Below are positions 23,843 to 36,815 of a stretch of DNA of 64,000 bases, piece by piece (the stretch's first letter is position 1; each line of letters begins with the position of its first letter). Location of the stretch: contig NC_043003.1 in the NCBI RefSeq assembly GCF_006345805.1, positions 73,532,001 to 73,596,000 of the forward strand, read 5' to 3'. Source of the stretch: Octopus sinensis. Taxonomy: Eukaryota. The notes beneath the pieces were generated by a model. It saw nothing but the letters and a program-made list of their open reading frames with translations, ran no database searches and had not been told where the DNA came from. The translations under genes and the position numbers were made by a program.

Positions 23843-24182
23843 TACTATAATTGATGGCCTATAGGATGCACGAGTGCATAGGCCGCACCCTTGCCTAGGC
23901 TATGCTTTTGTAAAATAAATTACCATTAAAACAAAGTTTTAATTCCTCCACTTACCTGTATATAACTTTATGTTATTACCGATAACTATAAGGAATTGAT
24001 TGCATCCATATTCGATATAAACATACCGTAGGAAACTCTTCACCAATAGATGGCAGCACACATTGTGTAAGCATACATAGCATTTTGAGCCTACGTTGAG
24101 TGCATTGGACGCAGGGGGATTTTAAAAGCCATTTTGGGGTTAAAAAAAGAAGTGGTGCGTCTTATAGGCCATCAAATACGGA
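23843..24182. mobile_element. pogo/Tigger-type MITE, about 340 bp
   Basis: TIRs tactataattgatggcctataggatgcac / gtgcgtcttataggccatcaaatacgg. Confidence 0.55.
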
Positions 24183-24339
24183 TTTTATCACTCAGCTGGA
24201 TCTACATACATTGCAATAATATATTTCGGCCTGTACATATGTACCAAGCTTGATATTTAATTAATATTGTTGTGCGTGTATAATATTCCGACCTAGTGAG
24301 GTGCCTCAATTTAAGTACCTAATTTAACCGGATCTTAAT

Positions 24340-24392
<53 letters not shown>

Positions 24393-24404
24393 TATATATA
24401 TGAA

Positions 24405-24615
24405 TGTCTATATGTATATGTGTTTGTGAGTGCGCGTGCGCGTTATTCTTTGTGTCTTTGTTGTTCCCCACCATTTTTTGCGGTGTATACGTCCCCGTAA
24501 CGCATCGGTTCGGCAAAAGCGACCGATACCATAAGAACCAAGCTTTTAAAAGAAGTGGACAGGGGTCGATTCATTCGACTCAAAATTCTTCAAGGTCGTA
24601 CCCTAGCATGGTTAT
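24405..24615 (+). mobile_element. SINE family B, 3' half
   Basis: cccgtaac...cggttcggcaaaagcgaccgata...ggggtcgattcattcgact. Confidence 0.6.
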
Positions 24616-24923
24616 TTCTCCACTTCGTTCAGATATAACAGAAGTTATAGATAGTTAGAGATATGTTGCATGATCTAGAATGCGAAAGATTCATGTTAGC
24701 ATACGTACATGGATGACGTTGCTGTAATAGTGTCAGACATCAAAAGGGCAGTGACTTAAAGTGTTGGCAGAAGCTAAAATTAGTGCTATTTATTCCCACT
24801 TTTTACTTTCTGATATCAAATCCCATCGAATTCAAATACTTCTGTTGACAAACCGAAATAACCGTCAAGCACTGATGTCGATGTTACTGTGTGCCAAAGT
24901 TAGAAATATAATCATATTTTCTA

Positions 24924-25108
24924 CTGTAGGCACAAGGCCCGAAATTTTTGGTGAGGGGGCCAGTCGATTAAGTAGTACTTAATTTATCGATGCTGAAAAG
25001 ATCAAAGGCAAATTCGACCCCGACGGAATTTGAACTCAGAACGTGAGGACAGATGAAATACGGCTAAGCATTTCGCCATGCGTGCTAACGTTTCTGTCAG
25101 TTTACTGT
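24924..25108 (-). mobile_element. SINE family A
   Basis: taggcacaaggcccgaaattttt...ggccagtcgatt...ggaatttgaactcagaacgt...gctaagcatttcgcc. Confidence 0.75.
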
Positions 25109-25249
25109 CGTTTTGCTGGAAGTAATAATAACAAAAACAATTGTCAATGTATGCATCGCAATTATTTCGCTGTTGAATGCATGTATTCGATGTAGATGAA
25201 TAACTGTGTTTGGAAACCTGAGTATTCACTCTTACGCATTCACACACCA

Positions 25250-25347
25250 TTATATATATATACACTTTTTCGAATATAAGTAACAATACACACACACACA
25301 TACAGCCACACACACACTATGTTTATACTCGAATACATACATACATG

Positions 25348-25402
<55 letters not shown>

Positions 25403-25449
25403 TATATACATACGTGTGAGTATATATACATCTCTCTCTCTCTCTCTCT

Positions 25450-25484
<35 letters not shown>

Positions 25485-25490
25485 TCTCTC

Positions 25491-25524
<34 letters not shown>

Positions 25525-25680
25525 AATATACGTATGTATGTATATACATATACATGCATATATACATACATATATTTACACACACACGCACATACACACA
25601 TTAAACATGGATACATGTATATATACACACACATACATATATACATATACATATATATAGAAACGTATACATACATACAT
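25250..25680. repeat. Compound (TA)n/(CT)n/(CA)n microsatellite block
   Basis: Direct reading. Confidence 0.95.
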
Positions 25681-26089
25681 CGTTCGATTTGTGTACAACA
25701 AATACATTAAGATAGCAGACACAGCTACAATAAGTACCGAAATTAAGCTCCATTGTTTCCCTTCAAACAAGACTGCTGAATATAACTAATTACCTCAGCT
25801 GTTTACCTTAATTTTACGTCACAGATAGACCTGTTTGCTTCTTTACTGATTTAAGATTAACTAAAATTAACTATGCATTGTATAGCTATTGTTTACATAT
25901 TCGTGTTTTATAAACTCGAAATCACTTGAAATCCCATAGATATTCTATTCGACGTTATCTGCCTCCATATAATTGGAAAATTTGCGAGTGTTTTTACAGA
26001 CACTTTGTTTATCATGTTTTTCTGTCTTTATCTTTTTTCTTCCTTCCTCTCATATACTGTCACATGTATATTATAGTTTCCATCTTTCC

Positions 26090-26094
26090 AATTG

Positions 26095-26133
<39 letters not shown>

Positions 26134-26249
26134 CTCTTTCTCTCTCTCATCCGCGCTTTCTCCGTATACATATATCTAACACTGTCTACTGATATTTTTC
26201 TATCGAAACACCTAATCTTATTTCTTAATGCAAACGCAGTCTTCCATCT

Positions 26250-26297
<48 letters not shown>

Positions 26298-26352
26298 ACA
26301 CACTCACACACACACATAAACTCACACTCACACACACCAGACAAACACACAC

Positions 26353-26405
<53 letters not shown>

Positions 26406-26425
26406 CACGCACGCACACACACAGA
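26090..26425. repeat. (CT)n, (CA)n and (AG)n microsatellites
   Basis: Direct reading. Confidence 0.95.
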
Positions 26426-27068
26426 GCACGAGTCTGTATGTATGCTTCTCTGGAATTTATTTTAAATGGAAAATTCAAAACGGGCACTAACGAGAGGTGA
26501 GGCTGTGTTGTTTACTTCACGACAGCGCTTGCACTGTGAGCGTACCTGAATAGGTTGAATCACTCATATATGTATGCATGATGTACGTATGTTTGTATGT
26601 GTATGAAAAAACTTGCAATCGTTGGTAGCACTACCAAAACAGTCCTTGCTTATAGCATTCTTGACGGCCATGGTGACAATGCCATTTCTCACGAGAATGT
26701 CGTGTCTAGCAGATATTTTTGGAGAGCTTCTGTTGATAAGAGTAATGTCTTTCACACTGGTATAGCATAATCAACAGATTCTGTTACATGTGTGATATGA
26801 GACAGCCGTATCACTTATGTTGATCAGATATTTAGTAGTTATCGCCTTATAGGAGATCGAGTACATGCTACTATTCCTATCATTCTCCATTTTGCGGCAG
26901 AATGCTAGCAACATGCGAGGCATGAACCCCTGGATATTTTCTTCTCTTACGATGAAATTCCTATTTAAGTCAGACTATATAAGGCAGCCTTATCACGTGA
27001 TACAAAGTTCACCTCACAGGTCTTTTTCATGCGTTCTTCGACTACTGTCATACATTCGGTTAAGAATA

Positions 27069-27201
27069 AAGTAATACTTCACTTTACGAGGGCCCGTTTT
27101 ACGAGACCTTAGCTTTACGAGTTTTATTTTCTGTTTACGTGTTTTGGCTTTAGGAACGTTCTCCGGGAAGGAAGTAACTCGTATATCGTGTCATTACTGT
27201 A
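27069..27201. mobile_element. Short Tigger-like MITE remnant
   Basis: Ends aagtaatacttcactttacgag / ctcgtatatcgtgtcattactgta resemble TACAGTA-type TIRs. Confidence 0.4.
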
Positions 27202-27649
27202 TTCATGTGATCAACTCATTTCTTTCATTATGGTTAAATAGGTGTCGCTTAAAGGACACGATGTGTCACCAAACGACCGTCTGAACTTGTATCCTTCAAT
27301 TTAACATAGATGCTCTCTCCCGCTTGCCACTAATGTGCAGTTACTCTGTCATTGTTATTATTAGTCTTGTCTTAATGACTAACTTGCGAATTTCTTAAAG
27401 TGTTTCTATATGCATATATGTTGTCTTTAGGCTATTTAATATAGATATTTTCAAATTTCCGTCAACCAGACTTTATAAAATGTTATGTTGCATTGAACGA
27501 TGTGCTTCTCATTATGTCCTGCACTACACATTATGTTACAGGAAATTATTTGTCGCTGGGCTGTCATATAGATAGTTTATATCCATAGTAAATTATACGT
27601 GCATATATATCATTGGTATGTATGCATGACTGTGCGTATCTATGGATAT

Positions 27650-27668
27650 ATATATGTATATGTATATC

Positions 27669-27725
<57 letters not shown>

Positions 27726-27741
27726 ATATATATATAATGTA

Positions 27742-27802
<61 letters not shown>

Positions 27803-27809
27803 ATATATA

Positions 27810-27875
<66 letters not shown>

Positions 27876-27900
27876 ACATGCATACTTACACACACACACA
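27650..27900. repeat. Compound (TA)n/(TG)n microsatellite
   Basis: Direct reading. Confidence 0.95.
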
Positions 27901-28403
27901 ATGAATTGATCTGTATAATAAAGTTCAATAAAATGAGTACTTCATCTGACGAGAGTAAAGATATTGTTTTTTTACGATCACGTCACATGCACAAACTGCG
28001 CTACTAATTTTCCCCTGTACGTGGAAACCCAAGTACCTTCTTCAGGCGTGGACTATTCTACCGAAGTGACCATTTTAAATAACCGACTGGGTATAAAAGA
28101 GCGCGGAACGGACCGGATAACCAAACGGATCGTGTGGAAGATATCACTAAAACGAACTGCAAATATAAAGGGACGTTAAATAAATAGCGGTAACTTTGAA
28201 AGTAGAACCAAGCGAATGATGTGAGTAATGTGGAGGGATGTAATATAAGAATAAAATCATACGATATTTTATAAAATATGATAAAACGTAATAAAAATAT
28301 ATTAAGAAATATAATATAAGAAATAATGGAAACAATTTAAAGGGCTGTGTACAAATATGAAATATAAAAAAAAAATGGAAAGTACATGAAAAAATATGAA
28401 AAA

Positions 28404-28445
<42 letters not shown>

Positions 28446-28457
28446 TATCTTTACTCT

Positions 28458-28642
28458 TTTATTTGACTGCGGCCATGCTGGAGCACCGCCTTTAGTCGAG
28501 CAAATCGACCCCAGGACTTATTCTTTGGAAGCCTAGTACTTATTCTATAGGTGTCTTGCCGAACCGCTAAGTTACGGCGGTGTAAACACACCAGCATCGG
28601 TTGACAAGTGATGCTGGAGGACAAACACAGACACACAAACAC

Positions 28643-28681
<39 letters not shown>

Positions 28682-28870
28682 CATATATATATATATATAC
28701 ATATACAATTATACGACGGGCTTTTTTCAGTTTCGTCTACCAAATCCTCTCACAAGGCTTTGGTCGGCCCGAGTCTTCTACTATAGTAGAAGACACTTGC
28801 CCAACGTGCCAGGCAGTGGCTCTGAACCCAGAACCATGTGGTTCGTAAGCAAACTACTAACCACCCCTAC
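28458..28870 (-). mobile_element. SINE family B, near full length with internal (CA)n(TA)n
   Basis: Reverse complement: tRNA-like head ...atggttctgggttcagagccactg...ttgggcaagtgtcttctactatag, microsatellite, then ...ggggtcgatttgctcgactaaaggcggtgctccagcatggccgcagtc. Confidence 0.8.
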
Positions 28871-29049
28871 TCCTAAAGGAAAATATATATTATTCCACAA
28901 TCATAAAATATATATAAATTATAGAAAATATATATGAAAATATATGAAAAATATAATAAATAAATATAGAAGAATATAAAAACTATATTAATATGAAATA
29001 TAAATCATAAACCTGAGTATAAAATATAAGTATAAAGCTTATTCTTGCA

Positions 29050-30625
29050 TCTCCATGTAGGATGAATAAAGACTTGTCAATACAAAGACAGACAAACGGT
29101 AGGGGTCGAATGATAAAAACAACATCAAAGAAACATAAAAATAAATGAAAATGTATGTGAAAAATCGAATAGAATATCAGAAATGGAGCGAGGGACGTAG
29201 CCGACCGCACAAACCACATTCCAACACTGAATGCCTGGTAATTCTTTTTATGCTCTCGCTCAAGCAGGTTTATTCAGTCAGAACAAACTTGCTACAATCT
29301 TCGATCTTTTCCTGGGCATGCCGTGTGACAGGTATCTCCTCTCCAGCATTATTTTTCTTTAGAAAAGATAAAAGTCAACCAAACTGAAGCTGGATATGAA
29401 GATGCCCGTCACGATCTCTTTCACCCGCGTCTTCCATACTACCTCCTTCGCTGTAGCTACTATACAGAGGAAACATGCTTGCTCTTTCCTATTCAGAGAA
29501 GAAGGCGGAATAATCTTAATTATAGACTCGGATTACAGTTGTACATTTCTCAGTCATGACAGCAGTGGTTCGACATAAACCGAAAGTTCCGAAATATTCG
29601 GACATTGCACAATTGCATGCATAATAGTTTCATCCTCCTGCCCGCATCTTGGACAAGTTGGCTAGTTTGAAGTACCATGCCTGTTGAGTTTACCCCAAAC
29701 AGGCTGGCAAGTTGACCGTCATCGAAGCCCAGGGTTTCTCCCAGGGCGTCGTCAGACTGGAACTCTACCAGGCCTTTATAGAATGATGATGTGGAAACTA
29801 CTGGCATGCGTCTACACTAACTGGCAGTAGAATTGGATCATTAATAATTCTGTGAGCCAGTTGAATGTGACGCTGCTAAGAAGGGACCCAAACAAGGGTA
29901 TTGTTCATCTGGGAGAGGGGCAAGATTGCCAAGCTCCAGACTTCGGTCTACGCTTAATTCATGGATTCAGTTCACTAAAAATGGTGAACCGCGGAAGCAA
30001 CGGTCTGACGAACGGAGACCACACCTGCTCACTGTCCAGGTAGAGCCAGAGATATCTTAGCCTCAGCGCATTTTTAGCTACAGCATCCATATCCCACCCT
30101 TTCGTGGTTGTTGACAACAGATAGAGCACCTTACAAGAGGTCCCCTGCCCTTCCACTAAAAGTAGTAGAGCATACGTTACAACTTGTTTAGCCACGAATC
30201 TGGGCAAGGCACCACGGTTTGTCGATAGGTAATTACAAATGCGATAAACACACCTGCAAACTCCACCATCCCTTTCAAGTACAGCTTCCGCTCAGACTCG
30301 GTCTGAGTTAGGAGGCCACCCAGCTCGTAACCTCACTCCAGTTCTTCTCGATCTGGAGGTCTGAACCAAACCAGATCGCGAGCATTTTTACCAGTCCGTC
30401 CGTCCGACGTCCAACGACGCTGTTGGGTGGCATCGACTTGCATCTCCAGGTACCGAGTTGCAAACTAACCGACTTATCCCGGTTAATTTTTGCTCCTGCT
30501 TTATGGACTTACCTACCGAAATAGATGTTCAACCCGGGATACGATGACACAGATGTCGTCTGCATACGTCGAAACCGATTTTCCACACTCTAGATATTGC
30601 GGGATTCCTCTCATAGCCTCCAATT
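29050..30625 (-). mobile_element. Tx1/L1-clade LINE, RT to 3' end, frameshifted and deleted
   Basis: SVSTYADDICVIVS (YADD at 30555-30566); INRDKSVGLQLGTW...WFGPDLQIEKNWSEV; ALRLRYLWLYLD.EQVWSPFVR; FYKGLVE...DDALG; ATAKEVVWKTR. Confidence 0.8.
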
Positions 30626-30629
30626 TCCG

Positions 30630-30875
30630 CAGCAGTTGGTTAGCTATGTTTGTGTCACAAAGTGGAAAAATACCATACGTAATTAGATTGAGGGTAATTG
30701 AAAATTTTAAACCGTGCGTAATTGGTTCAAATATATGTAAGCTTTGTTTGGACGAAAGGGCGCACATTTTGTTTAGATCTAAGATCCCCAGCGTCATATT
30801 TAACTGAAGATCAGAAACTTTCAGCGGATGCAAGCATATGCATAAATATCTGCTCAGGAATTTATGGCTAACACC
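30630..30875 (+). pseudogene. PLE GIY-YIG C-terminal fragment
   Basis: VIENFKPCVIGSNICKLCLDERAHILF...N.RSETFSGCKHMHKYLL is homologous to the end of ORF 1059-1850. Confidence 0.75.
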
Positions 30876-30924
30876 TTATCATATGCATTCAGCTCAGACT
30901 TCTGGACTGCTCGAACTCTTCTAT

Positions 30925-31280
30925 AACATTCCTACCTAACCTTATCCTTCATGCTTACATGCTGGATACCAGAGCCTTCATTTATTCCTAGGTATTTATA
31001 GGTTTGTTCCTGCTCAAGTGCCTTTATTACTGTTTCGACATCTAATTCGATTGAACTTGGTTTTACCGATTTCCCTTCCTTAAAAGTGACTTTGGCACAC
31101 TTTTCAAGTCCAAACTCCATCCCGATATTATCAGTGAATCCTTTCACAGAATGTAGTAGTCCTTCAAGCTCTTCATCATCTTTGCCATATAGTTTTAAAT
31201 CATCCATATAAAATAGATGGCTTATTTTCCTGTTGTAAATTTTGTAGCCATACGCTGTTCTATTCTTTTCGCTTGAGAGT
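30925..31280 (-). pseudogene. R4/Dong-like (RLE) LINE RT fragment
   Basis: ISHLFYMDDLKLYGKD...GMEFGLEKCAK...YKYLGI. Confidence 0.85.
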
Positions 31281-31294
31281 GATAGTATTGCTTA

Positions 31295-32335
31295 TTCTTG
31301 TTGTTGATGTTGTTGTTATTCAGTAGTCTTAATTTTATCACTTGCTTTTATCACTGCACTAACGAGTGCAGCTCCATGTCCCTTGGGTATGTGTTATGGT
31401 TTGCTGTGATGCTCTTATTTTTACTGTATTGAAACGGTATTTACATAAGATGTGTGGGGTGCTTAGTAGTGCTATTTTCTGTATGTTATATATCTGTCAG
31501 TCCTTATGTTTTTGTTATGTATTTGTTTGAATGTATTCTTATACCTACTGCACCCATCATCATGGGAATTGTTTCTGTTTTTAGACTCCACGTCCGAATT
31601 ACCTCCATTTCCAGATCTTCTATTTTGAAAGTTTCTCCGTTTCTTTTAGAGAAATATTATCATATGTTGGTATTAAAACATCGATTAGAAAGCATATTTT
31701 TCCTGGTGTTCTCTTGGTGACAACTAGATCCGACCAATTAGCCTTAATTTCTTTATCTGCATGTATTGGCATATACCATAGTATGGTTGCTTTCAGGTTT
31801 TCTGCGACATCTTCTGGTGTGTGAGTATACATCTTTTTTCTATTGTTATTCAATAGTGTTGGCAAAGCTTCCAGTGTTTATAGGTCCTAACACTGTCATG
31901 TCTGTGAATATATTCCCTCTTAAGAAGGATTGGACAGCCAGAGACAATATGATTTATTGCTTCTTCTCCATCTCCACATATTCTGCAGTTACTTGTATTT
32001 CTTTCATTACAAGTTTTTGATAATTTCTTGTGCGAAGGCTTTAATCTTGTGCTGCAATTAAAATTTCTTCAGTATCTGCTTTGAGTCCTGTGCTTCTCAG
32101 CCCTCGATGGGATTTTGCTTTGTCTATTTCTTTTCTGTTTATTTTAACCCAGTATTTGCTATGAATGGGGCTTTTCTTGCCACCATTTTATCATGATACA
32201 TTGCTGTTGCAGTTTTAGTTTGGATTTCAGCTGTTTTAAATTGTTTGTTGTTTCTTCTTTTTGTTCATAGTTGTTAGGTGCTATGGCTTCTTTTTTTGTA
32301 TTTGTCAGCTTTCTTATCATTGGATCACCAACACA
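31295..32335 (-). mobile_element. R4/Dong-like LINE 3' part: post-RT, CCHC region, restriction-like endonuclease, 3'UTR, AAC/AAT tail
   Basis: WQEKP.H; LKADTEEILIAAQD.SLRTRNY; INHIVSGCP; VAEN.KATILW..PI..D..I.AN..DLVV...CFLIDV.IP..DNISLKETEKLSK. Confidence 0.85.
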
Positions 32336-32874
32336 AATTAGTTTAAATAGGTAAACCTTCTTCATTAAAAAATATAAGCCAAAACGTAACCATTTCTAGC
32401 ATTTGAAAATAAGGAAACTTACCTCATTGAACAATATAAACCAAAACTTAACTACTTCTAACACTCTATTCTATGAAAACAAGATCATGTTAACAAAACC
32501 TAATCATTCTGAACATTTTTATTATCTCCCTCATACCGAAAATATCCCTGATTATCTCCCCCTGTTTGAAACTCTTCTACACCACACCATAACGAAAAGA
32601 TGACAGAATATCGGTAAGGAAATTTGAGAAACTTGAAAAGAAAACACGAAACCGGTTATTTTCTCGAAAAACAACGTCACTATATATAACATTTTCCTAA
32701 CATGACGATGTTAGTATATTTTAACCACATAATACAAGTCTTCTGTAGATTTTTCTTTCTATACAAACACAAGTGTCCAAATATAAGTATAAGTTTACAT
32801 TATTTTATGCCGTAAACATACATTTTCTTTTCTTTTCTTTTATTCATTATATTACTTTACTCGCAATTATTATT

Positions 32875-32891
32875 ACTACTACTAGTATTAA

Positions 32892-32931
<40 letters not shown>

Positions 32932-32932
32932 G
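32875..32932. repeat. (ATT)n microsatellite
   Basis: Direct reading. Confidence 0.95.
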
Positions 32933-33398
32933 GATTGAAAGAAAAGGAATAATTTTAACGCACGCACACACTCATACGTACATATTCATACACACATAGT
33001 AAAAATGACTGTATATTCTGTGTATTCCAAGAGTATCATAATGTAATCCTTATTGTCCTCTGCAAACCCTGAGGATTTCCTTTACAAGGTATCTAAACTG
33101 CAAATTTATATATTCATATATATCTTCGAATTATAATTTGTTTGTGAAATGAAATGGTTGGTGAATATTTTGATTAATTATATCTGAATAAATTAATTTG
33201 TATTCATTGGATCTCAACTGTTTTCTAACTCATTAAAAATGTTTGATACTTTACCATATTCTATATAAGATATTCATTGAGAAATTATCTCTTCAATATT
33301 TAATATATTAAACCAGTGCATCTTGGATGAATATCCCTATACGAGGTTTAAATGTCCTCATTGTGACTATATATACACAGACACACAGACACACACAG

Positions 33399-33459
<61 letters not shown>

Positions 33460-33739
33460 CAATAGAAATATGTTACAAAAAGAAATTAGAAACTACACGT
33501 GGAAATGTGAGGGGAAAGTACGAAAGTACTGATCACTTTACGAAATCAGTGATCAGTAATTTTACGAAACCGGTATGCTTTTGAATCTCTTTATCAATTC
33601 ACTATAATGACTTTTATTACTTTTATTCCTACCTCAGTTCATCTAATTTTGTATATGCATCGTTAGTTTTCATAAAGAGCCTTTACGTTTTTGATTCCCA
33701 ATGTGCATTTTCGCTTATTTTTTCTTCTTACTTATCCCC

Positions 33740-33821
<82 letters not shown>

Positions 33822-33822
<1 letters not shown>

Positions 33823-33983
33823 ACAACAGGCTTCTTTCTGTTTCCGTCTACGAAATGCACTCAAAATGCTTTGGTGGACCAGAGGCTATAGAAGATGACA
33901 TTTTCCCAAGGTGCCACGCAGCGGGACGGAACCCTCAATCATGTGGTTTGGAAATAAGCTTCCTACCAAACGGCTACGCCACA
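33822..33983 (-). mobile_element. SINE family B, 5' half
   Basis: Reverse complement: ggcgtagccgtttggtaggaagcttatttcc...gtcccgctgcgtggcaccttggg...gtagacggaaacagaaagaagcc. Confidence 0.75.
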
Positions 33984-34013
33984 CATATGTGAGTCTGTCT
34001 GTCTGTCTGTCTG

Positions 34014-34059
<46 letters not shown>

Positions 34060-34430
34060 CACGCATACACACACATATATATGCATACATATATATACAT
34101 ACATATATATGAATGTAAGCATGTATAAATTTATAAATAGAATGATTTACGCCGTCATTACAGCCATTACATCAAACAGCGATCATATTACGATATATGG
34201 CTTTCTATTCGGTATTCAAACGAAATACCAAAATAAAAACCGAGAGAATGTGTTAGATATTATTTCATATGTTATAACACTATCAAATTTAACTGCATCA
34301 TATGTAACTGCATTCTGTTCGATTTCTTTGTCAGTTCTTCACTTACATTGCTGCTGTTTTGTTAACTGGGAGGGATTTTGTGGTGTACATGCAAAGGAAC
34401 TAAGAATTACATATATACATATACATATAT

Positions 34431-34471
<41 letters not shown>

Positions 34472-35747
34472 GATATGTACACACACATACACAAACATGC
34501 ACCAGTGTAAGGATGAAACTGATTGTTAAGTCTTATAGAGAAATAGTAAGAAAAAGAAAGTGTTAGGCTGTTAGAGAGTGTGTGCTTTTGAGACAAATAG
34601 GCAGAAAAATATGGAGAAATCGGAGAGAAGAGAGTGAGAGAATACTGTGTTTTGAAGATGTCAGTTAGCGTAGAAAATATCCCTCTTCTAGCAAAATCTT
34701 GACATGTTGTCAGCTGACGTAAATCTATTGCGTTTGTTGGTCATTTGATAATCAGATCACATAGACCTGACATACCTGACAAAATTCCAAATCGTTCCTC
34801 GAGGAATTCATCTTCTACTATTCACTATTTACTATAAAACTTCTACATCTCTTGCGTATGTATGAAGAAGCATTACACATGTATAAAGAAGCAATACGCA
34901 TATACGTACACAACAGTTCGCATACGCACACGTCGTCAGACGCACATGCCTGAGCGCAAACGCATATATGATTGCTAATATAGTGTGCTTGGTAAGCCTA
35001 CGTCAAAGAAAGAATGAATTCCATACGTTTGCATTAAATTCATTTTTATTTTCTTGTGGTTAGTAGAACCCAGTTGCACATTCTAACTAGTTGTTTCATT
35101 TCTCGTCGGATGTTGTAGCAGACACAGGGCCGAATTTTTTTTCTGTCCTACTACTGTACACTACAGACCAATTAATTTCTAAAGTTTATATTTGAATAAA
35201 TAATTGGTAAAACTAATCGCAATTATAGAAATCAATTTAGGTGCTTAATTAGAACACAAACACTATTAGGCTCAAAGCCTAGATATTAAAGTATCCCCGA
35301 TATTAAAGAGTAAGTATGTTTCAACTACAGTCAAAGCTTATATTTTCCTGATTAGAGTTTTACATCAGAGACGATTATATGCGATATGACTTTACCATGA
35401 AGATCTTATAATTTTGTTGATAATTTTAATGATGACAATATTACTTGCTCTTAATTTGGAATCAATCTAACGCATCTTTTAATGTTAAAGGATGAGTAAC
35501 ATCGATGATTTAAAGTCTTGGAGTTGCAGAATGTGCTCTTCCGAGCTCGCTAGACAGTCTTCAGGGAATACGTCTGCTGATATTTCCGATACAAGGGACA
35601 CTGGGTAAATTTTACACTCCTTTTACAACATAGAATGATAGCAAATCTTAGAAGGAGAAATAGACAAGATGGCTATTTTGGCAAATCACTTGATTATATT
35701 GGTGAGCGAACCCGAAGCGCTGACATCAAAGCAGACCTGCGCAGATA

Positions 35748-36815
35748 TACAAGGTTTGGACAAAATAGTGGAAACACTTAGCATCAGAGCATCATAATTT
35801 TGAAATATCTAGAAAACCGTCAAAAGCTTGTTTATTTATGTTCTTTTATTTATTATTAGTGTTGCTTAATATATTTTGCTAAAATTGCTGTTTATTTTCA
35901 GATATCATAAGAAAAAGGTAATTACAATTCATTAAAATTACAGGTCTATCGGACTTTCAAAGAAGTCAAATTGCTGGTTCTTGTATGACAAGCGCTAGCG
36001 TAACGAAAACAGAGGAAATGTTTGGTGTATCAAGAAGTACTGTCTTGAAAGTAATGGCAGCCTTTGAGAAAGGGGGAAAATACCTCTTCCTCAAAACAAA
36101 ACTCCGGAAGAAAACCAAAACTTTCAGGTAGGGACCGTCGAACTCTTACACGAATTGTTAGAAAGGATCACAAAAGTACAACTCCCAAAGTACTGCAGAG
36201 CTTACTGAACACCTCGAGAACCCAATTTCCACAAACACTGTTCACTGTGAGCTGGACAAAGCCGAATTTCACGGGATGGTTGAAATCAGAAGACCACTAC
36301 TGTCAAAATAAATGCTGCAAAGCATTTAGAGTGGAGTAAAATCCTCCAGACTTGGTCCCTAGATGATCCCGGGGGCTATATCTTGGAAATCCACCCGCCC
36401 AATAGTTTACCTTCATGGCAGAATTAATAGTCAAGACTATTTAAATCTTTTATCTGATCAAATTCTTCCTATGGTTGTGGAACTGTTTTCGGAGGGAAAC
36501 GCAATCCTTCAGGATGATAATGCACCAATTCACACAGCTAAAATTGTTACTGAATGGTACGAGGAACATTCTAGTGAAGTTGAACATCTTATCTTGCCAT
36601 AACAGTCCCTAGATCTCAATATTTTTGAATATTTATGGTACATTTTAGAAAACAAGTAAGACGTCGATATCCTCTACCATGATTAATACAAGAACTGGTG
36701 ACTGGACAAAATTTCCTTTGGTAACAATTCAATCTTTCTAGGCGGTCCTACCCCATATTAAAATTAATTTGTTTGAAATTTTAAGGTGTTTACATTATTT
36801 TGTCGAAACCCTGTA
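35748..36815 (+). mobile_element. Tc1-family DNA transposon, both TIRs present, internally deleted and frameshifted transposase
   Basis: TIRs tacaaggtttggacaaaatagtggaaacac / gtgtttacattattttgtcgaaaccctgta with TA ends; LSDFQR.QI; GRKPKLS.RDRRTL.RIV; ILQDDNAPIHTAK; S.DLN..EYLW. Confidence 0.9.

Noticed and set aside
26660-26690. ILDGHG resembling a PP2C motif
   Set aside because: Short chance match; the surrounding residues do not fit PP2C.
27900-28060. CTGACGA and CTGAAGA (minus) motifs
   Set aside because: GAAA halves are destroyed. Possibly old pLTR, but not supportable.
30804-30826. CTGAAGAtcaGAAAC
   Set aside because: No room for stem II, and it lies inside the PLE coding fragment.
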